Positions 29,161 through 42,037 of a stretch of 64,000 nt of DNA are shown here, piece by piece. This DNA comes from Octopus sinensis (Eukaryota). The translations under genes were made by a program, and so were the position numbers. The DNA is taken from the NCBI RefSeq assembly GCF_006345805.1, contig NC_042999.1, positions 30,256,001 through 30,320,000 of the forward strand, written 5' to 3'. The notes beneath the pieces were generated by a model that saw only the letters and a list, made by a program, of their open reading frames with translations, was not told the origin of the DNA and searched no databases. How positions within the stretch are numbered: the first letter of the stretch is position 1; the number at the start of each line of letters is the position of its first letter.

Positions 29161-30365
29161 CCTCGTCTGCCCCGCTCCCCAACAATTGAATTCAAGTGCT
29201 GCAACATTGATAGTAGAGTTGTGTTGTCCACAAGGTGGACTATGTGGAAAAATAAACCTCATTTAGATGCACATTCTGAGTAAACGGGCCTATATATAAA
29301 CACTTCAGCAGACACTTGTAAAAATAATAGCACGAAAACAAACTACAGCACACACCCAACGATTGATGAAAATAAGTCCATTGAATAACAGGAACAGCGA
29401 CAATAACATCAACAATAACAACAATAGTAATAATAATAACAACAATAACAACAACAATAATAATAATAATAATAATATTTACAACACAAAAAACAACCAA
29501 ATATATGGCACACTAGGCATAACAACAACGTGAACTTCCAACCTGTTGTCTCTTGAGGTCTCCGGGTGAGACTTGGAGCCAACTTGTACAAATATAAAGC
29601 AAAAGTCAAACATATAATAATAATAATAATAATCTTTATATATATATAAAACTGAGAATGTATGTCTGTCTGTCTATGTGTTTCCCTAAAACTTGAAAAC
29701 TACACAATCAATTACATTCAAATTTACACATGCGTTACTTAGGATCCATGAAGTTTCATGGACAAAAAATGTTCAACTTGTTGCCTAGAGCGAGCCCATA
29801 GCAATATCATATCTTCTCCACTATTTCAGTATTACGTGTTAAAAGTAAAACAAAAATATTTCTCTATTTTATGTCAGATGCTTTCACTTTAACAATAAAA
29901 ATAATAACAATTGAATTATATGTAGTAAGTAATAATTAAAATCAAACTATAGTATAATTTAATCGTAACATAACAAAAACTAAAAATAGCAATTGGTATA
30001 AAATCGCATCAATGATTTGAACTTGAGTAAGTGGTTTCACATGTATGGGAATAAATTAGAAATAAAACTAGCATGCAGAAATGGAATAGTCCAGATGGAT
30101 AATAAAAAATTGAATTAAAGAAAAGACTATTTTCCTATAAGATATACAATGTAGAGAAAAAAGAAGAGCCAATAATTCCAGTCTGTTATATATTTTGAGC
30201 ATTGTTATCACTAGCGATATCAAGATATAACTTTGTATTTTGCATTTTATGTGTAGATGTATAGATATAGATGTACATGTAATATGTACACACACATATA
30301 TATATATATATATATAATTGAATAAAATAAAATGAAATAGTAGAATGTTAAATATTCATTCTGAT

Positions 30366-30410
30366 TGAACTAGTACTTTCATGCATTGAATTCTGCAATC
30401 TTCGGGTTCA
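30366..30410 (-). ncRNA. Mirror copy of the pLTR hammerhead (CCGAAGA core)
   Basis: Exact reverse complement of 32195-32239. Confidence 0.7.
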
Positions 30411-30968
30411 TGTAGTAGTGTTGACAGTCATGCTTCACAATTTTTGACTGTAGCAAGATGATTGATTCTGTGCTATAAATACAGCTGGGTAGGCTCCAGA
30501 GTGCTAGGTTTTGCAACTGTATTCTGACCAATCAGTGTGTAGTATCACTCAATTACTTAAGCTGATTGGTGGTTGAGCTGATTGGTTTAGGCGTCACGCT
30601 TTGTTGGACATGTCAAGAGTCCTGTATCTTGACACTGGCCGAAGCAGAGCAATTGTTGGGTTATTTTTAGAAATGTTGTAAATATCCTTTGTCAGAGATT
30701 TTTATATTTTTATATTTCAATTGTCATCATCATCATTGTCAGCACCTTAATTATTGTTGCTAGTGGTGATGGTTATGGCAATAGAACTTTTAACCCTAAA
30801 TAAGATAATTTTCCTGCTATCTTCGTCTTGATCACCTTTAGTATTGTTGTTGTTGTTAGTGGTCATGGTCGTAGCAGTGGAAGTAATACCTCTAAGTATT
30901 ATTATTATTATTATTGCTTATTTAGCTTAATAGAACTAATAGAACTAAGAGAACTAAGAGAACTAATA

Positions 30969-31694
30969 GAACTAAGAGAATTTTTGCTCAAACAAAAATA
31001 CCCATCTCTACTTATAGAAAATGGCATACAGCGGGCTATAAAAATACCTATACAACAACTTAGGACAACCCAAGGAAGAGGAAAACAAGAACAAGTCATA
31101 CCATTCATAGTGACACACAACCCATGTCACCAGAATATCTTCAACATTGCCAAAGCAAACCTACCAATCATTGCCCAAAGTAATGAATTAAAAGACATAA
31201 TCACGGATCGAGCTATGGTGCTTAGTAAAAGACAGCCTAAAAACTTGAAAACATTACTAACAAAGGCAAAATTTGACCTCAGCAACAAAGACCAAACATT
31301 CACGGTATCTAAATGCAATGATAGCCGATGTGGCACATGCCAATTCATACATACCGGTCAATATATAAACACAAAAACCGGGAAAATATTCACAAACGCG
31401 AATATGAACTGCAAAAGCAGAAATTTAATTTACTGCATCAAATGCCCAAATTGTGAAGAAATATATGTAGGTCAGACGGGAAACGCACTATTAGAACGCT
31501 CACGTGTACACCGGCAACAGATTAGAGACCCAGAGGTCCGTCAGATACCTTTGAGTAACCACCTAGCAACATGTGGTCGGAAAATATATATAATATTTCC
31601 ATTCTACAAATTACACAGCCCAAGTGAAATCGAGAGGAAAATCAGAGAAAAGAATTTTATTGATAAATTCGAACCCAAGCTAAATAAGCAATAA
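30969..31694 (+). pseudogene. PLE ORF C-terminal fragment (end of RT thumb, Cys linker, GIY-YIG endonuclease), uninterrupted but 5'-truncated
   Basis: KRQPKNL..CNDSRCGTC..LIYCIKCPNCEEIYVGQT..RVH..SNH..REKNFIDKFEPKLN. Confidence 0.92.
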
Positions 31695-32006
31695 TAATAA
31701 TAATAATACTTAGAGGTATTACTTCCACTGCTACGACCATGACCACTAACAACAACAACAATACTAAAGGTGATCAAGACGAAGATAGCAGGAAAATTAT
31801 CTTATTTAGGGTTAAAAGTTCTATTGCCATAACCATCACCACTAGCAACAATAATTAAGGTGCTGACAATGATGATGATGACAATTGAAATATAAAAATA
31901 TAAAAATCTCTGACAAAGGATATTTACAACATTTCTAAAAATAACCCAACAATTGCTGCTTCGGCCAGGGTCAAGATACAGGACTCTTGACATGTCCAAC
32001 AAAGCG

Positions 32007-32131
32007 TGACGCCTAAACCAATCAGCTCAACCAACCAATCAGCTTAAGTAATTGAGTGATACTACACACTGATTGGTCAGAATACAGTTTGCAAAACCTA
32101 GCACTCTGGAGCCTACCCAGCTGTATTTATA
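32007..32131 (+). promoter_or_regulatory. Candidate pLTR promoter
   Basis: TGACG 32007, CCAAT 32018 and 32035, ATTGG 32072, TATA-like TATTTATA 32124-32131 upstream of the HHR. Confidence 0.4.
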
Positions 32132-32194
32132 GCACAGAATCAATCATCTTGCTACAGTCAAAAATTGTGAAGCATGACTGTCAACACTACTACA

Positions 32195-32239
32195 TGAACC
32201 CGAAGATTGCAGAATTCAATGCATGAAAGTACTAGTTCA
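32195..32239 (+). ncRNA. Minimal type I hammerhead in PLE pLTR, U4C core
   Basis: TGAAC CCGAAGA TTGCA-GAATTCAA-TGCAT GAAA GTAC TA GTTCA: stem I 5 bp, stem II TGCA/TGCA, palindromic stem III AGTACT, CUA triplet. Confidence 0.75.
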
Positions 32240-32414
32240 ATCAGAATGAATATTTAACATTCTACTATTTCATTTTATTTTATTCAATTATAATATATTA
32301 TCTTATAATATATCATTATAAGATTGTAAATAAAACGTGAAAATCAGACAAGGTTGGAATTCTTTTTATTAATATATTCTTCTATACACAATCACACACA
32401 CCCATATATATATT

Positions 32415-32497
<83 letters not shown>

Positions 32498-33856
32498 TGC
32501 GTGCACTAGCAATATGTCCGGCAACGACGGGTCTTTAATGCTAGTATTAATAATAAAAATGATAATTTCCAATTACAGAAAATTAATAAATATATGCGAA
32601 CTAAATGACATTGGATATTTTTTTTTTGTTTCTCTACTAATGGCATTTGATGTATATTCTTGATCCGTTTTCTGTTTCTTCATTGACTTCTTCTAAGGAC
32701 TAGATTATGAGTAATATTAGACAAGACTGCACTTATTTCTGGCAGCAGAACTGCTTTCATTGATGTTTATATTTAAAATAATTCTAAGTAGATTTCAATA
32801 TTGATTTCTATACTCTAACTCGATTTATGATTAGATGTTTAGTGTAGGTTGATTTTACATCATGAATAGATTATGTAAATTTAACATTTGGAATTGTTAT
32901 TTTGTTTATATACTCTAAATCAATCATGGCATGTAAAAACAATGTTTTCCCATAAAGCACTGAAGTAGCATTCAGCCCTCGGATAATAGCAATAAGTGGT
33001 TCTAAGATACTGTATTCTGATAAATTACTGAGGGTACGTTCATTCAACTGCCCTGAGGACAAAAAACGTTGGGACGGATTGGTATGGAACATTTCTAAAC
33101 GTTCCAAGAAGGGTTTCAAGATGCGTAATGTGCTCCCCACTGCTCAGAACAATGCTTAGTGTTTCCCAGTTTTGCAACCGGATAGCTGTGAATCATTGAA
33201 CATGTAAGACAATACATGCAAGTTTCACTTGGGGATATTGAAGGAAACTTATATAGAAGGAGACGATTATATAAAACAAGTACTTACCAGTGTATATGAG
33301 TACTTGCACGACCGTAAACCTGATCAGATTGTGTCTTCCTAGCCCACTCGTCTTTAATCATGGCAGTTCCGTTCGGATGTTCAGTAAGCGACGTCCGAAT
33401 GTCAGAGGGAAAGTGTGCTCTGTCCCAATCTATATTCGTTCTCTATTACTTACCTAGAATTCTATGTTCTTTTGTTCCAAATTACAACTATTTATTGATT
33501 TTCATTATTGGTATTTTACACACATTTCAGGCGAATCATTTAAAATTGGAGTTATAGAAACATCTTCCCTTTGCAGAAAATGTAAGAGGACCAATCAAGA
33601 TTGCCATGTGATGATATATTAGTCAAGTGATGTCGGTATACATCAAATCTGCCTGAAAAATTTAGAGAAAGAATCCTTTTTCACATTAACAGAAACCTCC
33701 CCTCTTATACGGGAAAGCGTTTTCCTTTGTGAAAAAGATATTCTGATGTGGATGTGACTGAATAATCTTCATTTTACGCGTTAAAGGGAGAGTGAAGTTA
33801 AATATGGGGAAGTTAAATTAGTTGAATAAAAGAGTAGGTTCGGAATTCCACCAGAA

Positions 33857-33898
33857 CACCTGATGAAGGCTGGAGAGTACATCAGCCGAAACGTTGTG
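33857..33898 (+). ncRNA. Minimal hammerhead-like motif in a short pLTR-like repeat (33816-33910)
   Basis: CAC CTGATGA A GGCTG-GAGAGTACAT-CAGCC GAAA CG TT GTG; repeat recurs at 35101-35244 and 35310-35460. Confidence 0.7.
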
Positions 33899-34337
33899 AT
33901 AATAAAGAAGGTCTAATAAATTATATGAAAATTTAGTCGGAATGGCGAAGAGTTTGTGGTAATGGTAAGAATTGACAAATGTGAGCAATTTTCATTGGGG
34001 TAAGTCAGCTGTAAATTCCATTCAAGAAAACGCCATCAAAAGTTAGTCGGGAAAAGCCTACAAAAACTTCGAGATTTGTGTCATTTTCTGATTCACACGT
34101 AGCAGTTACCTAACTTATTGGGGCATATTGGAATTTCTTTAATATTTGTTTTTCTTCCCAGGTATCTACATACGTGCTATCCTTCTCGTTATTAAGCATT
34201 CATGGCTAATAAATAATTCCTATTCGCTCTCATAGTCTTCGTTGTCGTCATCATCACTATCATCATCTTATCATTCAATATTAATGATATTATTACCATT
34301 AATGCAACAAGTTTACAGATTTCGTAGCAAAATTTTT

Positions 34338-34506
34338 AATGGCATTTCGTCCGTTTTCCCGTTCTGATTTCAAATTTTATCGAGGTCGATTGTCCCTTTG
34401 TTTCTTCCAGTCTCAATGAAATGAGTATCATTTGAAATCTGGTGCCGATAATATCCATTTTACACACTTCTCGGTACTTGCTGGCGTTGTGCCAAAATTT
34501 GAAACT
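34338..34506 (+). mobile_element. SINE family A, degenerate
   Basis: ggcatttcgtccg..gttctgatttcaaatt..gaggtcga..ctggcgttgtgccaaaatttgaaac (same tail as 3290-3318). Confidence 0.55.
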
Positions 34507-35100
34507 TATACTGCTATTAATGAGTCATGGAGTAGCTGATATCATAAAAGTGATACTGAGGTACAAATATACGTAATAATGTAATAATGGTACACGTCTG
34601 ACAAGGGTACATGCATCACAACGTTATGTGCACAACATTGTGATCTCATATCAAGATAAACAGCGCAATACAGTCAGAAATTTCTTCAGATCAAATAGGC
34701 TATCTTTCTCAAAAGTCCACAAATATGGGTTGTTTAAAGACGATGAACGGATCTCCCATGTTACCAGATGTAAATATTTCAAACCCCAAAGAACTCTCCA
34801 TACATGGCTATGATGCTCCCCCATTACTCTCGCTAGAGATAAGAGATGTACGTGTCATAAGCCACTTAGGGACGTATTCAACCGATTAAGGTCAAGCCAT
34901 TGACAAGCAAATCTGCGGTATTGAGCATTGTGTCTGCTGCCGACATCTAATAAACAAGACACAATATATACATGCTGACTCTTCCAATAAGCTAAGATCA
35001 GAAGCCACGAGAGCCCCGCCCTGATACGACGAGAGCAATTTATTTTTATTGTTGTTTTCTATCTATTCTATTTGTTTGAGACGAGCAATTATGTACAATA

Positions 35101-35460
35101 TTTATAATGGAAGGATAGGTACCCTCCCCTTGTTTGTTGTTTTCACAACGTTTTAGCTGATGTACTCTCCAGCAGTCATCATGTGTTCTGGTGGAATTTC
35201 GAACCCACACCATTGACTAATTGGGTACACTATTCTCATTCCCAATGTAAGTTGCTGATGTAATTTTTGTTGATATTATTTTTCAAGTCCCTGTCTGGGC
35301 CGCACGTCATAGGAATGGGAACAGTGTACCACATTACTAGTCAAATAAAAGAGTAGGTTCGGAATTCCACCAGAACACTTGATGAAGGCTGGAGAGTACA
35401 TCAGTCGATACGTTGTGATAATAACAAAGAAGGTGAGGCGACATATCCGTCCATTGTAAA
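35101..35460. mobile_element. Old head-to-head inverted pair of the 33.8-kb repeat, each arm with a decayed HHR-like motif
   Basis: Arms 35101-35244 (-) and 35310-35460 (+), ~65-bp spacer; cores ATGATGA and TTGATGA. Confidence 0.8.
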
Positions 35461-36117
35461 TAATGTTGTTGTCGTTTTGGCCTTTCTTGTAGTTGTCAAT
35501 GTTGGTGGGTGTGAGGGCTAGTTTCAGATCATTTTATTTCTGCCATACTTGAGACAAAATTTTGTGCATATATTATTGGCATGCTCTGTATACATTTATG
35601 TTTCTCAGTAATTCTAATTCCGTGATCATAGATATCTCTATGTTTATGAGAAATACGTCAATGATTTTATAGAATTATTTGCATCATTCCAGTTCTACTA
35701 TTCGTAAAATGACGCGTTGCGCTTAATCCAATTACTATCTCCATGCAAAGCCTTAGAATTTCGGCTCGCTTTTACAGAGTTTCAGTTTAAGAGTTTCAGT
35801 ATTAAAATTTCAATTACTAACATAATTATACTAATATAACGCATTGCTGGATATACTGGTAATAACCTCAAGTATAGACTGTTCTATTACATAGTTTAGT
35901 TCTGTTTGCTAAAATTCTAGATTAGACGTCAATGTTGTTTTTTTAACCACTATATTACCAATGCTGTTAATAAAGATGCGAACACCATGTACGAAAGAAT
36001 ATAGACTTATACATTATTTACAAAATATAAGTATTTATTTAGCCGAAAGTTGAGGGTTTCAATCTTGATTTACGACTATCCTTTTTCATTTTCTATCATT
36101 TGACAGTAAGACACACA

Positions 36118-36172
<55 letters not shown>

Positions 36173-36181
36173 ATATATATA

Positions 36182-36225
<44 letters not shown>

Positions 36226-36226
<1 letters not shown>

Positions 36227-36453
36227 GGAGTAAACACATAAACGTGAAACAAGTTGGAAAAAAAGAGTACTCAAATACCAGTGGTAGAGTAATATGCTTT
36301 ATTTAAAGCAGCAGAAAATTCAACAAAACCTGTTATTCTGAGTTTCAAGTTTCCGTTCGTCGGACTGTTTTTGCTAGAAAAACTGTCCGACGAACGGCAA
36401 CGTGAAACTCAGAATAACAGGTTTTGTTGAATTTTCTGCTGCTTTAAATAAAG

Positions 36454-36457
<4 letters not shown>
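36226..36457. mobile_element. pLTR-like element ending in an ~80-bp-arm palindrome with back-to-back hammerheads
   Basis: Arms 36293-36372 and 36378-36457, GCTAG spacer; flanked by (TA)n on both sides. Confidence 0.85.
36378..36425 (+). ncRNA. Minimal type I hammerhead-like motif, U4C core (mirror at 36325-36372)
   Basis: AAAAACTGT CCGACGA ACG-GCAA-CGT GAAA CTCAGAA TA ACAGGTTTT; GNRA loop in stem II; one stem III mismatch. Confidence 0.65.
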
Positions 36458-36487
<30 letters not shown>

Positions 36488-36499
36488 ATATATATATTA

Positions 36500-36862
36500 A
36501 TAGTTATCGGCAGTCCATAAAAATGGGATGAATGTTGCATTTGATTAGCTGCAAGAAGTCATCGGCTACAGTTAGCTATATGATACCCACACCTGTTTCA
36601 AGTTCAACCTTCTAAAAGGAGAGGTCGTCAGCTACCCCTTGTTGGTTCGATATCCACAGACTAAATGGGGGTTTTTTGTCCCTTATCAAAGTGGAGTAAC
36701 CGAAAACACCAGGCGTCGCTCTTCAGTGTCTGTTCGAGGGAAAGGTGATGGCCTCCCTTGTTCGAAGGCTGTAATAGCTAGAGTTGATGGCGTCTTGGAG
36801 CTAATCAACAGCAGCTTTTTCTTATTTTTCTGGACGGCAATGTTAGTTTGACGATATCTGTT
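36500..36862 (-). mobile_element. Possible decayed PLE 3' end
   Basis: Minus-strand YYSLRTREAITF resembles the R..EA.I GIY-YIG C-terminus; CTGACGA plus hairpin downstream, but no complete HHR. Confidence 0.3.
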
Positions 36863-36864
36863 AA

Positions 36865-36883
36865 TAGATAGATAGATAGAAAA

Positions 36884-36973
<90 letters not shown>

Positions 36974-36980
36974 TAGATAT
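36865..36980. repeat. (GATA)n microsatellite
   Basis: Direct reading. Confidence 0.95.
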
Positions 36981-37305
36981 ATATATAAATTTATTAAAAT
37001 GTCTAGATGACTAAGTGTGCAAGTCTGTACCAGTATTGTAAGAAATAAAATTCAAAATAATCCTTAGCCCCGACCAGAGCACTTTCTATACACTGACTAT
37101 GGAGATAGCATCCCTACAAATATATGTACATAATAAATGATAGAGACGCCAAATGGAACATATATTGCTAACACAGGTCGTTTCGTCTCATTCTTCACGG
37201 AACCCTTGTGGCGCATCCTTCTGTGCAGATGCGTCTTATCAGATGACTTTACAAGGTGTTTCTCGGAAAATAAACATTGTTTCGTTCGGTTATAAAATAG
37301 TAAGC

Positions 37306-38530
37306 GAAAGTTTACGAAAATAATAAAAGACGAAGGCAGATGGAGTACAAGCAAATGTATTAGTATAGAGCTTAGGAATAGAAAAAAGTATTTTACGTTT
37401 CGAGCCTACGCTCTTCGACAAAAAAAACGAGGAGAGAAAACAATGCGTGTAGGAGCTAATGATCTATCATGGTGTCCTGACTTCGGACAGTGGTCAGACG
37501 CGAGAGGGACAGTATGGGAGATAACAGGGTCAAGTGACTTTCAATACGAAGGTGCTCCCAACACAAAGGTGCGTGTGTATATAAGAGTGTATGTATGTGC
37601 GTGTGAAAGAGGGCTGGTTGTCTGGGCGTGTGTGTGTATGTATGTGTAGGTGTGGAGATGTAGGGATGGGTAGGTGGATGATGTGTGGTGATGTGATATG
37701 TGTATATATGTGTAGGTGTAAAGATGTGGGGATGGGTGTGTAGGTGGTGTGTTGTGATGTGATGTGTAATGTTGTATGGTGTAGTGTAGTGTGGTGTGAT
37801 GTTGTGGGGAGGTGGGGGAGGCAAGAGTGGGGAAAGCACAGCTGGGGTGTGGGTATGGCTCGAGTTTCGAGTAAAGTGGGGTTTGTGGGTAGGTCGAGGG
37901 TGGGGTTAGAGGTGTGGTATGTGGGGGAGGGGGAGGGGGAGGGGCTGAGGTATGTAGGGGAGAGGTGTGTGGGAAAGGAGTGGGAAGGATAGGGAAGGTG
38001 GAATAGGGGTAGGTGAGTTTAAGGGGGGAAGTGGGTATATGAGAAGAGAGAGGAGGAGAGAAGGAGAGAAGAGAGGGGGACGGCAGATGGGAGGAGGGAA
38101 GGGGAGAAAACTGGGAAAGGGATAGGGGTGAAGAGGAGGAGGGAGAAAGAAATGGAGGAGGTAGAGAAGGGGAGGAGGAGGGAGGGAGGTTGGAAGAGGG
38201 GAGAGAATGGGAGTGAGGGAGCAGAGAGAAAGAGAGAAGGGAGAAGAGGGTAGGGAAAAAGAGGGAAAGAGAGTAGGGGTGAAAAGATGTAGGAGGGAAG
38301 AGAAGTAGGAGTCGGGGAGGAGGTTAGATGAAAGGGGGGAATTGAGCCGAAATGGCGTAAAAGAGCGAAGAGGGAAGATTAATCCATGTTCACGGCGCAA
38401 GCGGGAATCCGGATGGCCTCTGTGCAAGGACAATCCGAACACAGGAGTTGCAAGGAGTCTGTTGTTAGTGGCCGTTGATGTAAGCCATTGGTCCACGCCG
38501 GGTGAATACTTGGTACCTACCCAATACTGA
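37306..38530 (-). mobile_element. 5'-truncated Neptune-like PLE 3' end: ORF tail, long simple-sequence 3' UTR, pLTR with HHR-like motif (37391-37425)
   Basis: Minus-strand VFGLSLHRGHPDSRLRREHGLIFPLRSFTPFRLN resembles the R..E..LIF.L....P.GLN tail of PLE endonucleases; 37306-37600 homologous to 53623-53900. Confidence 0.7.
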
Positions 38531-41500
38531 AACAATTACTCATATATATTTTCATCTAAGAAGATTTTTGTGACATGTACTTTGTAGAATATTTTTACAG
38601 GATGTAAACCATACCTTTTTATTTATTTTCTCATTGTTCTTTTATGTATCATGAATGGCACTAATTTTTTTTCATATTCCTAATATTTGAGGGGGAAATA
38701 ATTTTATGTAAGAACATTTAATATTTAGTGATATTCCACTTCTTACATTTCGTAGTGTCACAATGAATTTGTACGAACATAAGTACCTTGCTGTTGATGT
38801 TCTTTTGTTGATGGTGTTCTAATGAAATGGCTAATATGAAAAACGTTCCAAAGCACCCCATTTCCTTATTAATTACGTCTAGTGTGAAGCTTGCGCGAAT
38901 ATCGTATTTTCCAAGAAATATCCCTCATCCGTTTTGAAGAAATATGGATTGCAATTTGCAGCAGTACGCCGACAACATAGAAGCCACTGCTATGATTTGT
39001 AAGAATTTAGAACATCATCACTAGCATCTGTTTAACTTCGTCACTGAAAATCCTCCCGACTGAGAATGATTGTTGTGGTGTTATCATTTTAGAATGTCAT
39101 TACATCTGTAATGTGATATCAATGACGAGAAGAGAAACAGTAAATTGGACAATAATATACAGTGGTTGACCTGAGACTTTAGAACATAAAACTAGACACA
39201 AGAACCGAATTAAATATAACTAAGCGTGCGCAATGCCACCATTTCTATTGATTTAATTTTATTTCCAATTATGGTAATATTTGTCTTCACTTTTTTTCAA
39301 GCGTTAACCTTGAATGCAATAGTTTTTCATTTTTCTTCCATGGATGCTTTGCCGCACTTATAGGTGACTTATAGGCGATTTGATGTAATGGATAAAAGTG
39401 TAAAAAGACTGCTAGCCTTGAAAAATCGTTTTCCTACCAGAAGTGGACTGCGCAGACCGCTCGCCTCAAGTAGCTATTGCATAAAGTGTAAAGAACGAAA
39501 CACTTTGTAGCAGCATCTGTCAACTTGTGTTAAGTATATACATCGGGAAAGCCTCCAAGGAACAAAAGTCAATGAAAAATATAGCAATCATATAAATCAT
39601 TGAATCATATGTAACTATGCTTAATGTTAATATCTATAAAAGGCTCTCTTGTTTCACGTTAAGAAACACCTGTAAAAATATGTATAACGAAAAGTTTAAT
39701 TGCTTTGTTTCCGAAGGTTCCCATCAAAGGAATGTCAAGCTTACTACACGGTAATATAATATACATGCCGTATATTTTGAGACCATTCGTGGTGCAGCAA
39801 CTTGTAAACTAAGTTATGAATATATATTGTTTGTTTTTAGTGTGTTATATATGGCTCTCGTGTTTGTTATATGCATAAATCACAATTGCATTTTGCTTCT
39901 ATATTAAATTATGTGTAAGTGCTAAAACAATTTTACATCACAAGTAATTTAGAAACAAAACAGAAATTTAAATAACACTAAATTTTAGTTAGCAATACAA
40001 GAAAGACATACAAACGGTGTATATTCCATCATAATACTTTTTGTTTCAAGATTTTTGCATTCAGCTTTGTTAACCACATATAATCTACCACGAACTTTTT
40101 CACCTAAGCAGACAAATTTACTATTATGAATATTTTACAATACCACTCTAGGAAATCAATATCCATTTAAAATATTTTGGTCTCAGAACTTACGGACGTC
40201 TATTTTGTGCAAAATTCTTGCATTTCATTGAATTTCTCACCGTTACATTTTTTCACCAATTGCATTTCTTTGGTCTATATTTTGTATTTATTTTATTTCA
40301 ATCTGTCATTTACCTGTTTAAAAGTACAGTTTATTTTCGATATAAGTGAATCAGAATCAAGCCGGCTCACTCTTCAAAGAAACAATCAATACTTAAGTGG
40401 TTTCTGCGAATCTTCACCACCACTTTTGTAAGAATGTTTCATTTCTCTAAGAACTAAAACACAAGAGCAAGAATGGAAAATATTTCCCATCAATCTAAAA
40501 ACAAATAACAGACTGTTTCTCTGCAATAAAATAACCCCAGAATAACTCATTTGTTTCCGACTACGTTTTTGTTGACTTTGCTATTTTGATGTTATTTTAT
40601 TTCAATTGAGGTTAATCGAAAAGTTAAGGTAGCAACAACAGAATATTTCTAACAAACTTATTAGAATGCGTTTGCATAAAAATCCTAAGATAAAACAATA
40701 TAATAAATTATGTCTATTATAAAAAAAGAACATATAAAACATAAAATTTGTTTTACCAATTTAATCGATTGCCGTATTGTCTTTTACTTACTGAAATGTA
40801 ATTTTAAATGCAGCTGTTCGAAATTTTCACAGGCGTTTCAAGATTACTATGTATTCCACAACAATGAGGTATTCATTATAGCATTATATGATAATTTTAT
40901 GTGAAAATATATTTACGATGGAATCGGATTTCCATGAAAATATAATTCACTCACGTATAATATAACCAAAACTTATAAAAATCAATGTTATATATGTCAG
41001 TATTCCTATAGGATATGTCGCCCAAAATTATTCGGAATATTCACGAGATACATTTCCCATCAAAGCTTAGTGCTACTTTTCTGCAGTGATGGCGCATATT
41101 TTTCTTACGCCTCTAAAGTATATTGCCAGCAAAGTTAGATTTCTCTTCCTCCATATTTCACAATTTCAAAAATTATATATCACTTAATTTGCTTTCTGCT
41201 GATAATATTTAGTAAATAAATGATACAATTTTTATATTTGTACTGTTAAGGATATCAAATAAGATTGTTGATGGTCAAGAAACAGACAAAATGTTAGGCG
41301 AAAAATATTGAATGGCCGATGCAAAATTCTGGTGAGTGAATGTTTTCTGAATTTCTAACATATATTTTATCTATGCACTGCTTGCTTGCTTGCATATTTG
41401 CTTGTTTGTTTGCTTGCTAGCTTCTATGTTTGTTTACTTGCTTGCATGCTTTTTGTTGTTTGTTTTATACACCTGCTTGGTTAGGCTGGGGTCATCCCAG

Positions 41501-41647
41501 ATTAGTAGTCCCAGAGACGCCATCATGTGTAAAGCCGACCTAGTCCATCGGTATTCTCTGTCGCTGCTGATTTTGTACCAACCCTTCGGCATTCTGCCAA
41601 TGCCATACTTGATTATGTTTCTAATATTTCAAACAAATTATTTGTAT

Positions 41648-42037
41648 ATATGGGATCTTTTCGGTTTGAACGGCAGTTTTTAACACAATTTTTAGGTAAC
41701 TAAAAAATGTTAAACTTCGTATACTGGTAGAATATTTTTATAAAACATCTTTTTCTCTTGGCTTTATTGAGAAAATTCTATAGTTTGTAAGATATTTGTT
41801 GTTTTTGTTCTTCAATTTCTGAAATTTCAACCAATCACTGACGTCTATTGAGGTAAAAATCATTCTGTGTCGTATGAATATGTCTCTCGTTTAAGAAACA
41901 GATTGGGTTTATTTACATTTGTGAAGAAAAAAAAAGATACTCTTCCCCCAACCCTAACTCTAACTAACCCTGACCCTAAAACAGATTGAAATGCAGTAGA
42001 TCGATACTAGGGTTATACTTATGGGTGACAATTTCAT
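41648..42037. mobile_element. Probable interspersed repeat with degenerate telomere-like (CCCTAA)n
   Basis: ccaaccctaactctaactaaccctgaccctaa near 41950-41980; boundaries approximate. Confidence 0.35.

Larger units (their letters stand above)
30313..32292 (+). mobile_element. 5'-truncated Penelope-like element (Neptune-like) with inverted pseudo-LTR: fold-back insertion
   Basis: Arms 30313-30928 and 31677-32292 are near-identical reverse complements (only a few differences seen), flanking a GIY-YIG ORF; set in (TA)n. Confidence 0.93.
29633..32545 (+). mobile_element. Helitron-like non-autonomous element apparently split by the PLE insertion
   Basis: 5' TCtttatatatatataaaactgag + (GTCT)n at 29633; 3' hairpin ccggcaacgacggg (32518-32531) then CTAGT (32541-32545); linking the two ends is inferred. 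Confidence 0.45.

Noticed and set aside
32871-33450. Coding-looking minus-strand segments (89-aa ORF; IDWDRAHFP..THIH before GTAAGT)
   Set aside because: No identifiable family, and no convincing acceptor for the upstream piece
33560-33590. 5-nt microexon (TTTGCAG AAAAT GTAAGA)
   Set aside because: Frame-disrupting and within chance expectation
37165-37250. Minus-strand CTGATAA..GAAAC as a hammerhead
   Set aside because: G8 altered, stem II not continuous to GAAA, and no NUH or stem I
38700-39480. Possible Tc1/mariner relic on the minus strand (IFSDE motif)
   Set aside because: Only one short motif and no other catalytic residues traceable
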